From contig CM074805.1 of the NCBI GenBank assembly GCA_037447605.1, forward strand, positions 558,001 through 622,000: 64,000 nt of DNA. Direction: 5' to 3'. Positions 12,739 through 37,054 of this stretch are shown one piece after another (the stretch's first letter is position 1; the number at the start of each line of letters is the position of its first letter). The stretch comes from Zygnema circumcarinatum SAG 698-1b. Taxonomy: Eukaryota; Plantae; Zygnematophyceae. The notes under the pieces were generated by a model that did no database searches, was not told where the DNA came from, and saw only the letters and a program-made list of their open reading frames with translations. The position numbers and the translations under genes were made by a program.

Positions 12739-13491
12739 GTGGAGATGAAGGTGGAACAGATGCTGCAGCTGGAAGCGGAGTACGATGAAAGCGTTCTGCA
12801 CTGGGAGAGGCTCCGCAAAAGCGCGCTTTGAAGTCGAGCAGTCGAAGATGGAGGCGGAGGTGGTCGAGGTGGGGAATAGGGCCTTTGTGGAGGGGATATG
12901 ATGGCCGTACAACAGGACCCATGCAGTGGTGGAAGGGCGCTTAACAGAAGCGATGAAGATGAAGGCGGTGATGGAGGAGGAGGCGAGGAAGCTCGAGAGG
13001 GTGGAGGTGGATTCCAACAAGGTGAGCTTGATAGGACTCACAGCTGCTTCAAGGAAACGCAGGAAATAAGCAATAGAGTTTGCAGCCTATTAGTTTCATG
13101 TGATAACGATCTGCAGTGAGTTTTGTTTTGGACTATTTGTTTCCTTATACATACCAATCTGACCCTTCAATCTGCGCTTTTCGCAAGCCTTACTTCACTT
13201 TCTCCTCCTCGTTTACGGTTCAAGTTGTACAAATTGTTTTAGGGCTTGAAATTGACTGGAGTGATGAGATGTGGCGCGTCCTGACAGGCCCTCTTGAAAG
13301 CAATCGAAGAGAAGAACGAGCTTGCAGTTTTGCTTCATGAGAGGAAGGAGCTGTTGGATCACATTGAGAAGATGGAAGACGACGAGGAGGTGATGAATGA
13401 CGACATTGTGAATTTGAAGAGGACGAGATCGGAACTTTCAGATGAAGTTGATCACTTGGAGCAAGAGAAGGCGCAGCTGCAGAAAGAGTGA
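12739..13491 (+). pseudogene. Disrupted spliced coiled-coil protein gene fragment (possibly TE-derived)
   Basis: Acceptor ttctgcag at 12738 followed by VEMKVEQMLQLEAEYDE...; frameshift and in-frame TGA; donor gtgag at 13022; later exon KAIEEKNELAVLLHERKELLDHIEKME...QKE*. Confidence 0.4.
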
Positions 13492-14623
13492 ATGGAGAGG
13501 AGGGCGTGGCAGGAGGGAGGACGATGGGAGGGCTCAAAGCCAACAAGAGAAGGAGGACGACCACGAGTTGAGTTTAATCTTTTTTTATTGTTTAACTAAT
13601 ATCCAATTCTGCATTGTAGAAGTTTGGCCCGAGACAAAAAACACGTCAAAGTTAGAGATGTGAAGGCAATGGAAGGAGACCACACATTCGGTGGTTCTGG
13701 AGTTACATGCGAGCGTAGTTCAGTCCAAGCGTTGTGGGGCTGCCTGCTTCTTTTTTAAGGTTAGGACCTGTGAAGTACTGCATAGAATTCTGCAACATAT
13801 ATTGAGTCCATGTTCTTCCAAGGCATTTTCCAACAACAGTAAACTGATTTGACGGTCATTTAAATTTATGCGGTGAAAAATCGACTCTTCGTCTTTATAT
13901 GCTGTGGACTAATGCTATAGGCTTGTTTGAACTACATGTCTTGAATTGCAGTTTTATCCTCTTAAGGGACAGCTGTAATTTTTTTTTTTTACCGGGCCAA
14001 GCCTATCAAATAAAGTGTTCTCTATTCAGTCTGGGTTGACGCACTTAGCCAAAAGTTGCATAGAATGCGCGTATAATTCTGTTCGTCCTGCAAAAAAACT
14101 GTTGTCTCTTTTATTCTTCTAAGGAGCGAAGCAAAGCGAAGCTAGGCACAGCCCAATGTATGGAAGACTTCCAGTTCGTACACGCAAGGAAGAACATGGT
14201 TGTGATTATCGGAAACAAAAGCTCAAAAAGGATTGATACAGTAAACAAATAACATACATTGACAAATTTGAAAAAAAGCAACACAGAGTTCGCTTATTCC
14301 GACCTCCAAAACCAACTATGCGTTAAGTTATTTCCTCAATCCTAACCCTAAAAACTCTCAAGCTCCTGAAAGCTTTTGCAACGCTGTCTGAATCTGCCCT
14401 TCCAGATCTCTGCGCCGCCTTCAGGCTTCCTTAACTGATGCCGCAAATGTGATAGCCCACTCTTATTCTTCGAAAATTTAGAGATAAGTACAAATTCTAA
14501 CGGTCAGGGTTGCATCCAACCTCTCGCATACAGCTGCATGCGTCATGTAACAACCTGTCCCGTTGGTGAGTTCGAGCATTTTCACATCACTCTCTAAATT
14601 GGTACAGCTGAAGCAGGGGGCGC

Positions 14624-19823
<5,200 letters not shown>

Positions 19824-22023
19824 GGCGGTGCGCTGTGGGAGGGCGAGAGAGAGGAGGTAGTGGGAGAGGATGGGAGAGAGGGAGAGCGCGAGGGAGGGAG
19901 AGCGGCAGAGCAGGAGGGAGAGAGAGCGGGAGGGAGGGAAGGAGAGCGGCAGAGCGGGAGGGAGGGAGAGCGGGTGGGCGGGAGGGAGAGCGAGCGGGAG
20001 GGAGGGAGGCAGGGAGAGTTGCAGAGCAGGAGGGAGGGAGGGCGGGAGGGAGGGAAAGCGGGAGAGCGGACGGGCGGAAGATTGGGAGTCGGTCCGAGGA
20101 CGAAACGTTTCCTGGAAGCCCACGCGGCGGTGGCGGCGGTCCCTGGGCGGCAGCGCTGCAGATGCGTCCAAAGCATCAGCCTGCCCTGTACCTTTTTTTT
20201 TGGGTCAAATCTCACAGTGACACGCCGTACCTTCAGGTGTACCAAATGATTGTGGCTGACACGTGGCGGTACGGTTACGTGCGGTACGTGCAGCTCACTA
20301 GACGACAACGACAGGAGAGGGGAGGCAGGCGGGCTGGTCCAGTGGGCAGTTAATGCGCTGGCAGATTTGAAGCACACTGCAGGCGGCCAGCCGTACGGAA
20401 TGCCACCTGGGTAGGGAGCGGCCAAGCTTGTCGTTTGCGGAAGGATACTGTACGACAATTCCAGGAACTAGAAAACTATGGGAAAACGCCAGCTGACGCC
20501 ATTTGATTGGTGAATGTAAATCTGCTGATGTGCATAGGGGGACAGCGGTGTGTCCTCATCTGATCCCACTATTACATTTTGTCCATTTTTGCCGTTGGAA
20601 AATTTGCAGTTTTACGAAGAAGCCAAGGTATTTACGGAATACGGCTTTTGGCTGTTTCCACCAATTATCTGATTCTTTTCGGAAGTGTCCTCAGCAGATT
20701 GGGGCTTGTTGTCGCCTTAAAAGGTTTGCAGCGAATTGAAGATCGCCACGTCACCTGGGCATTGGCGCACTTCCTTGTCTTTACTGAAGTTGGTTGAAGG
20801 TTGAATATGATACGGCGGCAGTTGAACACCGAAATAGAAGGGATCGAATCACGAACGATCCGACGGCTGAGAATCGATCCCTCGCCAGGTCCTTAAACCG
20901 TCCGTACAGGGAGGCATCGCCCCTAGTGGACGTGTCCAATTATAAGCAGCTCAAATCGTTCAGATACGACAAATACCAAAGATATTGGTCCTTCCGGAAA
21001 ACCCGGTTTTTCTGGTTTCCTGTACGGCAGTTCGCCGACTTTGTCGTTACGGGATCGAATTCGCTCGTACTGGACCACTTGCAGTGATTGCTGTACGGTC
21101 AGTCGCTTGGCATATTCCAAGCCGCCAGAGGGAATTCCTGATTTGACGGTGGCCGCCCTCGCCCCTTGCGGCCGGCACGGTTGACGCGGCCGTTCCGAAA
21201 GTCAAGGGGCGCCCCTCCATCGAAACATTTTGAAACTGACCGACTCACATGTAAGCCAATCACAGCTTGTCACGCAAGCACACTTCCAGACGGGCAACTT
21301 CACACTTCCAAACCCCTGTACTGTACAAAACTGTGCAGGCACTGTACCGGCAGGTAACCTACACCAATTGGAGGGTGCCACGTGGCATATGATCACAGTT
21401 TTTATGAGAAGAAATCTGGAAATTCGTTGATCCTTTCCACAGTTTGCAACCTGCTTATGTGGCAGGCACTGATTCGCCATTGTGTATCCCACGTGCCATG
21501 GAACGGGAAGTTAGCCTACATCGCGACATGGAACGCGTCACTAGTCAGTGAAAAGGTAGAACGTAGCGCGGAACCATCGCCGCCAAAGGAGGGCCTCCTC
21601 TAGAATGCAAAACTTGGCCAGGCTTGCGACGGTTGTTCAGCAACTCATGGCGCCATGCTTCATGTGACGTATTGGACGACACGAAACAATCGAAACTAGA
21701 ATAACTTCCATTTTTGCCGAACACTAATACGGAAGATACCTGAAGTAGTCCACTCACCATCTTGACGAAAATAAGCACGCCATGCATGTGCAATGTGCAT
21801 GCATGCATGCATAGGCATGGCGCATGCATGCTGTTGAAGCTCCACACCTAACGTAAAACGAACCCTAAAACGCCGTTCGTTACTGATCCGAATGAATCCA
21901 GGATCCATGTCTGCCACTCTCAACTTCCTGCTCCGTTCCGTTTCTCCAAAACTAGCAACGGAACAGCCAACATAGCCCGCCCGTTGCCTTTCACGGAACA
22001 GCTGAGCACAGAGCGCCCCTCCT

Positions 22024-28560
<6,537 letters not shown>

Positions 28561-29249
28561 TATGAAGCTGAGAGATGAGATTCACTCAAAAATGTGAAAA
28601 TATGGGAGTTGAACATTAATCTCCGCATCAGATAGACAGGCACGATAAGCGGCCATCGATCGATCCCAATTTAGGAGTAGTATGACTTATCATTTGTCTG
28701 TCACCAAATTTTAAAAGTTCAGAAAACTCATGCACAAAGCTCGCAAAAGGAGGGCCTGTCTTGACAAGGAAAAGAGAGAATTAAAACTTGAATAAAAGGC
28801 CTTTCTCATTAAGCATGCGAGTATCAACAAGTATGCAGCAAACTTGAAACCCCTGCTCAAAAAAAGGGCGGTGGAAGGTGGTTCCCACTTGGTTAAAAAC
28901 TGCTCTGAGGACCTTACAATGTACATTCGAGCATCCTCATTACAGGATACTCCCCAACAATATGCCCTTTAGAGCTCAGCTCTACGAGCCTTCCAGGGCT
29001 CGTTTCCAGGTTTCAAAAACTACACATCCTACCTTTAAATTGGACAGTTGTCAAAAAATGTTTACTTCATGCCCAAATCTTCGAAGTCACGAAAATTGTA
29101 CACTGAATGCAGTGAAGGGCCTTTCCTCAAAACCAGCTTTACAATTCCAGAGCTGCTAATGAGACTGTTGCAACGATCAGGGGCAGGCCCAGGGGACTAT
29201 GAAAGGGGTCTTAGCTCCCCCTCAGAAGCTGGAAGCCACTGAGCGCCTT

Positions 29250-29440
29250 TTCCGATATAGACGATATCCACGATACAAACGACATTGGCGAAATCATCGA
29301 TACAATCGATTCTGACGGTATTGACGATATCAAGGATCATGACGATATTTTTGATGTAATTGGTTCCTGCGATATTTAAGATACCAATGACACTAGCGAT
29401 ATTATCGGTACTTTCGATTCTGACGATATCGATGATACCA
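29250..29440. repeat. Degenerate 9-bp tandem repeat (consensus about GACGATATC/TCGATGATA)
   Basis: Recurring acgata/tcgat units at 9-nt spacing. Confidence 0.65.
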
Positions 29441-30832
29441 ACAAGTCGGTTCGCATGTAACAGTAAAGCACGCACTAGTCCCATTGCGCGGTCGGATGTT
29501 CTGTGAGTGACGTCACGAACAGACGACGGAAAGTCAATTAGTACTGTGAGGGACAGGGAAGAGTATCGAGAAAACCAATGCAAAAGATGTTGCATTATCT
29601 CACGATGGCGAGCCCATCAAATGTACATGGACAAAAGCAGCATGTGGAATCACGAGGGACTGGTCGCAAAGGACCTAAGCACAAACGAAAAAAGCTACGA
29701 GCGGAAAACTACGCCTACGCGCAACAAAGAAACCAAAGTGTTCGACATCGTCACGTTCCGCCACCACGCATTCACAACAGTGAGCCATCGGCAATTTCAC
29801 AATGGCATAATCAGAAGAATAGTTGATCCAATTTTTGTTTTGCTTTAGTGAATTTCCTTACGTATGCAATGTGCTTCAACTCAGTTGTGTGGGAAGTCAA
29901 TTACGGGCGATCATTCGGTGACTAAACAGAAGCCGAAGATGGACGGACCCGTGGATATGTCGTATTAGACATGCCTTTTAACAGCATCGCGGATTCTTGT
30001 CTTCAAATATCCCTTCAGTTCTTCTGAGTGCAGCCGCCCTGAGCTAACTTCACTGGTTCCTTAGAAAGGCAGTTATTTAATAAACATGGATGTGCAAATA
30101 TCATACTATGGAGATTTACTATCCTACTTTTCTACAAAAGAAATATTATGACTACTCAGCACGAGATGCCCATGGTATGCCCACTGTAAAGTGATGGCTA
30201 ACATACCGCACTTCGAAAAGTCATTTTTGCGTTTTAGGAATAAGAGGGTATCAAGTAGCTTTGCAAAACGGCGCCATTGGAAAGCTGGAGCGCTACGTAA
30301 GTATGGGAGCTGGAATATAATTGAAGTACCCATTCGCCATGTTCTGTTATTCTATTCCCCTCCCCCTCCCCCTCCCCATCTCCTTTCCCAGGACTCGCAC
30401 TCTCTTCCCCTCTTTTGTGCTCTCCCATAATTGGCTTGCAAGACACACAATGCCGCAACAAGTAGAAAAAGGGGCACCAACCAAATATTATAGCAGATTT
30501 TGTACTTAAGATGAGCAAGCAGGGGACGCATCCCTCCTTACAAAGTGAACTGTTCATGACGAGATCTGGACCACAGGAGACAACAAACTGCAGCGACACT
30601 AGATATTTCTCAACAAAATGTATGGGTCTAGACCATTCCAAGAAGCACGACGTATATCCCACTGTACAAAACCGTGGACCTCTGATTCATTGAACTGCTA
30701 GCCGAGGCTGGAACCATGCAGTACCCTCCCTCCCTCCCTCCCTCCCTCACCCCCATTCCGAGGCCAGCATGCCCCCTCCCTGTGACTTTGCTACCCAATG
30801 AAACAATGCCTCCAAACCATAGAAATCTTGAC

Positions 30833-33800
30833 TTAGTACCGAGAATAGGGAGAGCGAGACCTGGAACGCCGGCTTCCTCCACGGTAGGGACTAGGGGACC
30901 GGTCGCGTCCGCTTCCGCGATAGGGAGCATAGCCGGGGGAGGCACGGCGGGACCCACGATAGCTATCCCGGTCATCATAGCGCCCACCCCCACCATAGCG
31001 ACCTCCTCCATAGCCGCCGCGTCCTCCCCGCCCTCCGTATCCGGGCCCACCTGCCAGCGCAGCTGCACAATGTCAAGGTCAAACAAATAAGGTTGGAATC
31101 ATTGGTAGCAGAAAGTGAGGCAACTGCCTGTAATCGCTTGAACGACGGGAAAGCCTGTGAATTAGGGTTCCCCTTAAACTATAAGAAGGGATTGACAGAT
31201 TTCTGACCTGCACCTCGTGCGCCTCGCACACCGAGATACTCCCCTGGTGTAGGAGTCCGCGCACGCTTTCGCTTTGCCTGCAGGAGGGAAAGTACTCCGC
31301 CAGTTTCCTCAGTACAACCACCCACAATCATCGTACATTTGCCTCGAGCAATCTCACCTTAGAGCACCTCCTTTCAGGAACGACTGCAAACCATTAATCA
31401 CTTCACAACCCGTTAGCCGCTAAATATGCTGGACGCAACAGAGGAGTACCAAGCATCTGAGAACTGTGCTCCTTACAAGAAACAAGTATCAAAGGAGAAG
31501 GCAAGCCAGCACCTCTTACGGTAAAGCGCGCAATTAGGGGCTGGCAACCATGATAAAGAAAGAGCCTGGCAAGGTGGAGGGCAGCTTCCACAGGGCTCGC
31601 AGACGGCAAGGCAGCCTTTGAAGGATGCTTGTGCCGGACATTCAGCAATTCGAGTTCAAGTTTGAACGTTGTAACAGCTCGGTTGGAAAGTTAAGCACGT
31701 TCGAAGCTTGTATGACTCATTTTGCTGCATTCGACTCGATTTGTAGTTGGCTCTATGCAGACACTGAACTTGAGCTTGATGAAGATCCATGCAGAAAAGG
31801 GCAGCACATTGTGGTGGCAGAATCAAGTGGAGGGCCACTAAAGCTCGAAAAAAAACAAGATGCTGGTGCAGTCTGCTGCAGTATTGACCACGCATACATG
31901 TGGCCTCCCCTCATCAAGTCAGTCTGATTTCAGATACTCTAATTAGAAATTAACCGCATCTGACCAGGTTACTGGCATTCAACAGACAACGAGCAGTTGC
32001 AGTAACTTGGAGGAGCACTAATGCGAGAAATGCTGCAGATTCAGGTGGTTCACTGGACATCCGCAGGCCGGCTTGGGATGACAAAGTTTGGAACATTCAA
32101 CAGGGGTGGGAAGTCTTTGCTAGGCAAGCGGCTCATGTCTCCCGACGAATAAAGCAGACATGATTTTTTATTAAAAGGAAAAAAATTGCAGTCAGAAAAC
32201 GAGGGGGGAGAGCTGCCGCACTACCAAAGCAGACATAACTTAATCAGTCTTGACAGTTTCCTCCGGGAAAAGAGGGACAGTCTAGATTGGAAGAGACCAA
32301 AGTGGGACGGGAACCATTGCTCTTTATGGTATATGATAAGACGCGTCAATCACTGACCAAGCTTCTCAACTATACGTGTTTTTTGATGCGGGGTAAAGGC
32401 TGCTAAATCAATGATCTTATCGTGAGGATGTGCAGGTCAATGCTCAAAACTAGAAAAAAAAATAGAATATATATATTTAGAAAACAATCAAGCTCTATTA
32501 AACTCTACATATTCCAGACGAGGAGTCCCTGGCGTAGAAGACTCAGCAGGTACACCCGCTCAACTGCATCACTGGATCAACAGTTCCATCATTGAGCTGA
32601 AGGAGTACAATCTGACTGGGAGTTTTGCAATCTCACCTTCTCTACCATGATGACACGCCCCTGGAGAGTAGAGCGATTGAGATACTTGACGCACGATTCT
32701 GCATCCGCCACTTCAGCCATGGTGACAAAACCAAAGCCACGAGATTCATGTGTACGCGGGTCGACAACCAACCTGCACTCCATGACCTGCTCACAGTCAA
32801 CAACAGACAATCATTAATTGATACAAATGCCTGCAAATATTTCTTAAGGATGATTTACAGTCCAGCGAATGAAAACGAGCCCTTTTGTCAGCCACTGTCG
32901 ACTGAATATGAGTTAAGGATCTTAAGCCACTACTTATATTTGTGGAATCCAGGTTCCTCATGGTGGAACAGTACACAACGAGAATTGCGAAAGAGTTGTG
33001 CCCAATTTTGATGTGGCAATGCAGATAAACATTGATCTGCACACGACGCACGTCGTTGGGCATTTTCCTATCTTGCCTCGTTTCAAACGACCTATTTCTC
33101 GCTACTTTATCACTATTCAATTTCGCGACAAAACTTCAACAAAGCATTGCAGAAAAGAAAATTGCAAAATACACGTAATTAAAGAAAGTCACAAAGGACT
33201 CACCCTGCCCTCCTTCTCAAAATGAGCAAGAAGTTCCGCTTCCGTAACTCGAGTAGACAATCCAGCAACATACAAGTTATTCCCAGGATTTATGTTGTTT
33301 TCGTTTGGTCCACGATCATCCCTGCATGAGCATGACAAGTCAATGACTCCATAATTTGCCTTTTCTCTCCAAATAGCAGTACATAGCCAATACGGACGAG
33401 ACAACAAGTTGATGCGCTGAAAAATACGGACTGGAAACAAAGCTTGTACATAAGCAACGTGCACTAGAAGGAACTCGAGTTCGAATGGTCGCTAGCGGAG
33501 GAGTCGATCAAGCTGCCAGAAAGGAATTCATGGAATCTATAAAGGGTTACGAGGAAAAGAAATAGACAAGTGGTCCTACGACTAAGTCTACAGGACCCTT
33601 GGCAGCCTGCAGTAATAAAGGATGCCATTTGCAGAACGTGCTGTCACCGGAGATGAGAAGTTAATCATTACCTGCGAGGTGGAGGACTCCGTGACCAGGA
33701 ACGGTACCTTCGGGGACTCCGAGGAGGAGGAGATTCTGAGTATCTGCACATGCATGATAACACAAGAATTCAAAAATCACCGCCAATACTCGTAGTAGGC

Positions 33801-34116
33801 ATTGTAATAACAGCAAAGCAACGATCAAATTATGGACCAAAGAAACATTTAATGGTTTAGGACGAGTTACGCAAACCACATCAGCAGATTGCAGTGATCA
33901 GAGCAAAACAGGGTAGAGGTCGCTTGCACAATATGCTGCAGATGCACACCTTCCTCGGGGAGATGCCTGAAATCGCCGCCAGCATCATAGGAGAAAAAAC
34001 AGCGCACCCACTACAGAGTCAGAAAACATTTTTCACAAGTCATACCACAAGACGTGGTAACATGGTTGAATTCTTTCCATCGAAGATTGCTTGATCTCAA
34101 GTCCAGGACTTACCAT
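30833..34116 (-). CDS. SR45a: SR45a / Transformer-2-like serine/arginine-rich splicing factor (RS-RRM-RS/RGG)
   Basis: M (34114-34116)/ASPRGR (33950-33966)/YSESPPPRSPRRYRSWSRSPPPR/DDRGPNENNINPGNNLYVAGLSTRVTEAELLAHFEKEGR/VMECRLVVDPRTHESRGFGFVTM...GRVIMVEK/AKRKRARTPTPGEYLG/...RSRSRSPYSRY*. Confidence 0.93.
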
Positions 34117-34580
34117 GATGATTACTTCTCCTGAGTTTGCTGCGTCGCTATAGCCCTGGCTTCCAAAACAAGAAAGGCATCAAATTCCGGCGTACGACCG
34201 CTACCAAGTGACAAAACTGAATCAGCAGCTGCGAGCTTTCAAGTCTTGCAATCACTTGTACCAAAGTAGACTGTTTCACCTTGCAACCTCACATCATTCA
34301 TCACTTCCACGCGAAAACCGTCAGCATTCAGCCAACAGCCTCAAACAAAAGCACCTTGACCACCCAGTTTCACAACAAAAAAACAGCAATCATCAACATC
34401 AAATCCTCCTCCTCCTGTGTCTATGAGCCTCTATTCCGTCAGATCTCTCACCTGCAAAACGCAAGCAACCTGCAGCAGAGGGCCCTGCACTGAGTCCTGC
34501 ACGTCCCTTTCCTTCCTCGCCCTCTCGCCGACTTCACCCTAGCGCCCGCTGTAAATCTAAAGGCAGGTCAGAAGCCGTCC

Positions 34581-34644
34581 GTACCATACGGTAACCACGA
34601 TCGTACAATGTCGTACATTATACCGTACACGTAAAGTACGGTAC
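34581..34644. promoter_or_regulatory. Cluster of 6 GTAC motifs in 64 bp upstream of SR45a (duplicated at 35941-36004)
   Basis: GTAC at 34581, 34603, 34613, 34625, 34636, 34641. Confidence 0.5.
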
Positions 34645-34821
34645 ACTTTAACGAGCGGCTCGATAAAGACGTGTTAATTTCTCCTAATTTATCCGGAGAA
34701 CTATATAGCGCCCCCCGCCCCCCGCCCCCCCCCTCCTTTTTTTTGGTTATCCCGCCCCTGTTTTTTTTTAATCCTACTCTCCCATTTTGGCTATTCCCAT
34801 GTGTTAAGTCTGACCCGCCCT

Positions 34822-35027
34822 AATAGGGGGAGTCAGACCTTGACCGTCGCCAAATCAATTTCGTAAGCCTGTCGGGCGTATTAAGCATTGGCTAGGTACG
34901 CATTTCGGTACGGCTGTGTACGGCGGAGCCGCGGATCCCGACCAGGAATTCGTACACGAAAGAAGTGACTTTTAGTAAAAGGAATTCGGGAATTCCAGAA
35001 GCGGTCAAGGTCTGACTCCCCCCTATT
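34822..35027. mobile_element. About 200-bp MITE-like element with about 25-bp terminal inverted repeats (second copy 36182-36385)
   Basis: aatagggggagtcagaccttgaccg ... cggtcaaggtctgactcccc(cc)tatt; TA on both sides of the GGGG/CCCC ends. Confidence 0.6.
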
Positions 35028-37054
35028 TTATGCAGATTAAATTTGAGTGCGCCCCCCCCCCCCCCCCCCCCCCCCCCCCNNNNNNNNNNGAGATTCTGAG
35101 TATCTGCACATGCATGATAACACAAGAATTCAAAAATCACCGCCAATACTCGTAGTAGGCATTGTAATAACAGCAAAGCAACGATCAAATTATGGACCAA
35201 AGAAACATTTAATGGTTTAGGACGAGTTACGCAAACCACATCAGCAGATTGCAGTGATCAGAGCAAAACAGGGTAGAGGTCGCTTGCACAATATGCTGCA
35301 GATGCACACCTTCCTCGGGGAGATGCCTGAAATCGCCGCCAGCATCATAGGAGAAAAAACAGCGCACCCACTACAGAGTCAGAAAACATTTTTCACAAGT
35401 CATACCACAAGACGTGGTAACATGGTTGAATTCTTTCCATCGAAGATTGCTTGATCTCAAGTCCAGGACTTACCATGATGATTACTTCTCCTGAGTTTGC
35501 TGCGTCGCTATAGCCCTGGCTTCCAAAACAAGAAAGGCATCAAATTCCGGCGTACGACCGCTACCAAGTGACAAAACTGAATCAGCAGCTGCGAGCTTTC
35601 AAGTCTTGCAATCACTTGTACCAAAGTAGACTGTTTCACCTTGCAACCTCACATCATTCATCACTTCCACGCGAAAACCGTCAGCATTCAGCCAACAGCC
35701 TCAAACAAAAGCACCTTGACCACCCAGTTTCACAACAAAAAAACAGCAATCATCAACATCAAATCCTCCTCCTCCTGTGTCTATGAGCCTCTATTCCGTC
35801 AGATCTCTCACCTGCAAAACGCAAGCAACCTGCAGCAGAGGGCCCTGCACTGAGTCCTGCACGTCCCTTTCCTTCCTCGCCCTCTCGCCGACTTCACCCT
35901 AGCGCCCGCTGTAAATCTAAAGGCAGGTCAGAAGCCGTCCGTACCATACGGTAACCACGATCGTACAATGTCGTACATTATACCGTACACGTAAAGTACG
36001 GTACACTTTAACGAGCGGCTCGATAAAGACGTGTTAATTTCTCCTAATTTATCCGGAGAACTATATAGCGCCCCCCGCCCCCCGCCCCCCCCCTCCTTTT
36101 TTTTGGTTATCCCGCCCCTGTTTTTTTTTAATCCTACTCTCCCATTTTGGCTATTCCCATGTGTTAAGTCTGACCCGCCCTAATAGGGGGAGTCAGACCT
36201 TGACCGTCGCCAAATCAATTTCGTAAGCCTGTCGGGCGTATTAAGCATTGGCTAGGTACGCATTTCGGTACGGCTGTGTACGGCGGAGCCGCGGATCCCG
36301 ACCAGGAATTCGTACACGAAAGAAGTGACTTTTAGTAAAAGGAATTCGGGAATTCCAGAAGCGGTCAAGGTCTGACTCCCCTATTTTATGCAGAGAGATT
36401 AAATTTAGGCCTCTCCGCGCCTTTGTAAACAGTACGCGCAACGCAAGAGGAGATGGAGTTCGCCATGCGCCTCAGTTTCCGCCTTTACAGCTTGAAGCAG
36501 TTGAGGAAAGTCGGCCCATAAAAGTGCACCCCGAGGCCGACCACGAGCACGCGACCCCGCCACCCCCCGCCTCGCCTCGCCGACGACGCGGCTCGAGCAG
36601 CAGGCGAGCAGCCAACCCGCCGCGACGCGAAGGGAAGGGCGGGAGGGGGGGCGACCGCCCGCCGGCTGTTCGCTGTTCCGTTACAGTTCCCAAACAGTTT
36701 GGCGGTCGAACGGCGGAGCCCCTGTTCGCTATTGGCAGTTTGTGGCAACGGCTCGCAAGGAACGCCGCCAGACTTAGCGGACGACGCGGAACGGAAAGGA
36801 ACGGCCCGGCACGGAACAGCTCTTGTCCGCCCTGAGGACAGCCCTCAGGGACTTTCATTCTTTTGGAAAGCCCAAACTCCGTCGACTTTGCTCCAGGACA
36901 CGCCACGTGTTGCCTATTACGGTGGGGTGTCTGCCACGGCATGTGCTCACACCCAAGCAAGAATTTCACTTCGATCGTTTCTCACATAGAACCTGTTGTC
37001 ATTTGAAATTCCCGCTGGGTGCGAGATGGACGGCAAAGGGAGCGAGACGATAGG

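Larger units (their letters stand above)
33730..36380. repeat. Near-exact 1.3-kb direct duplication (33730-35020 = 35090-36380) on either side of an N-gap; likely assembly artefact
   Basis: Identical text at an offset of 1360 nt; the second copy begins immediately after the N run at 35080-35089. Confidence 0.9.

Noticed and set aside
33730-36380. Apparent tandem duplication of the SR45a 5' end and promoter
   Set aside because: The copies are essentially identical and separated exactly by an N-gap at a poly-C tract, typical of overlapping contig ends. Treated as an assembly artefact unless long reads or doubled read depth support it.
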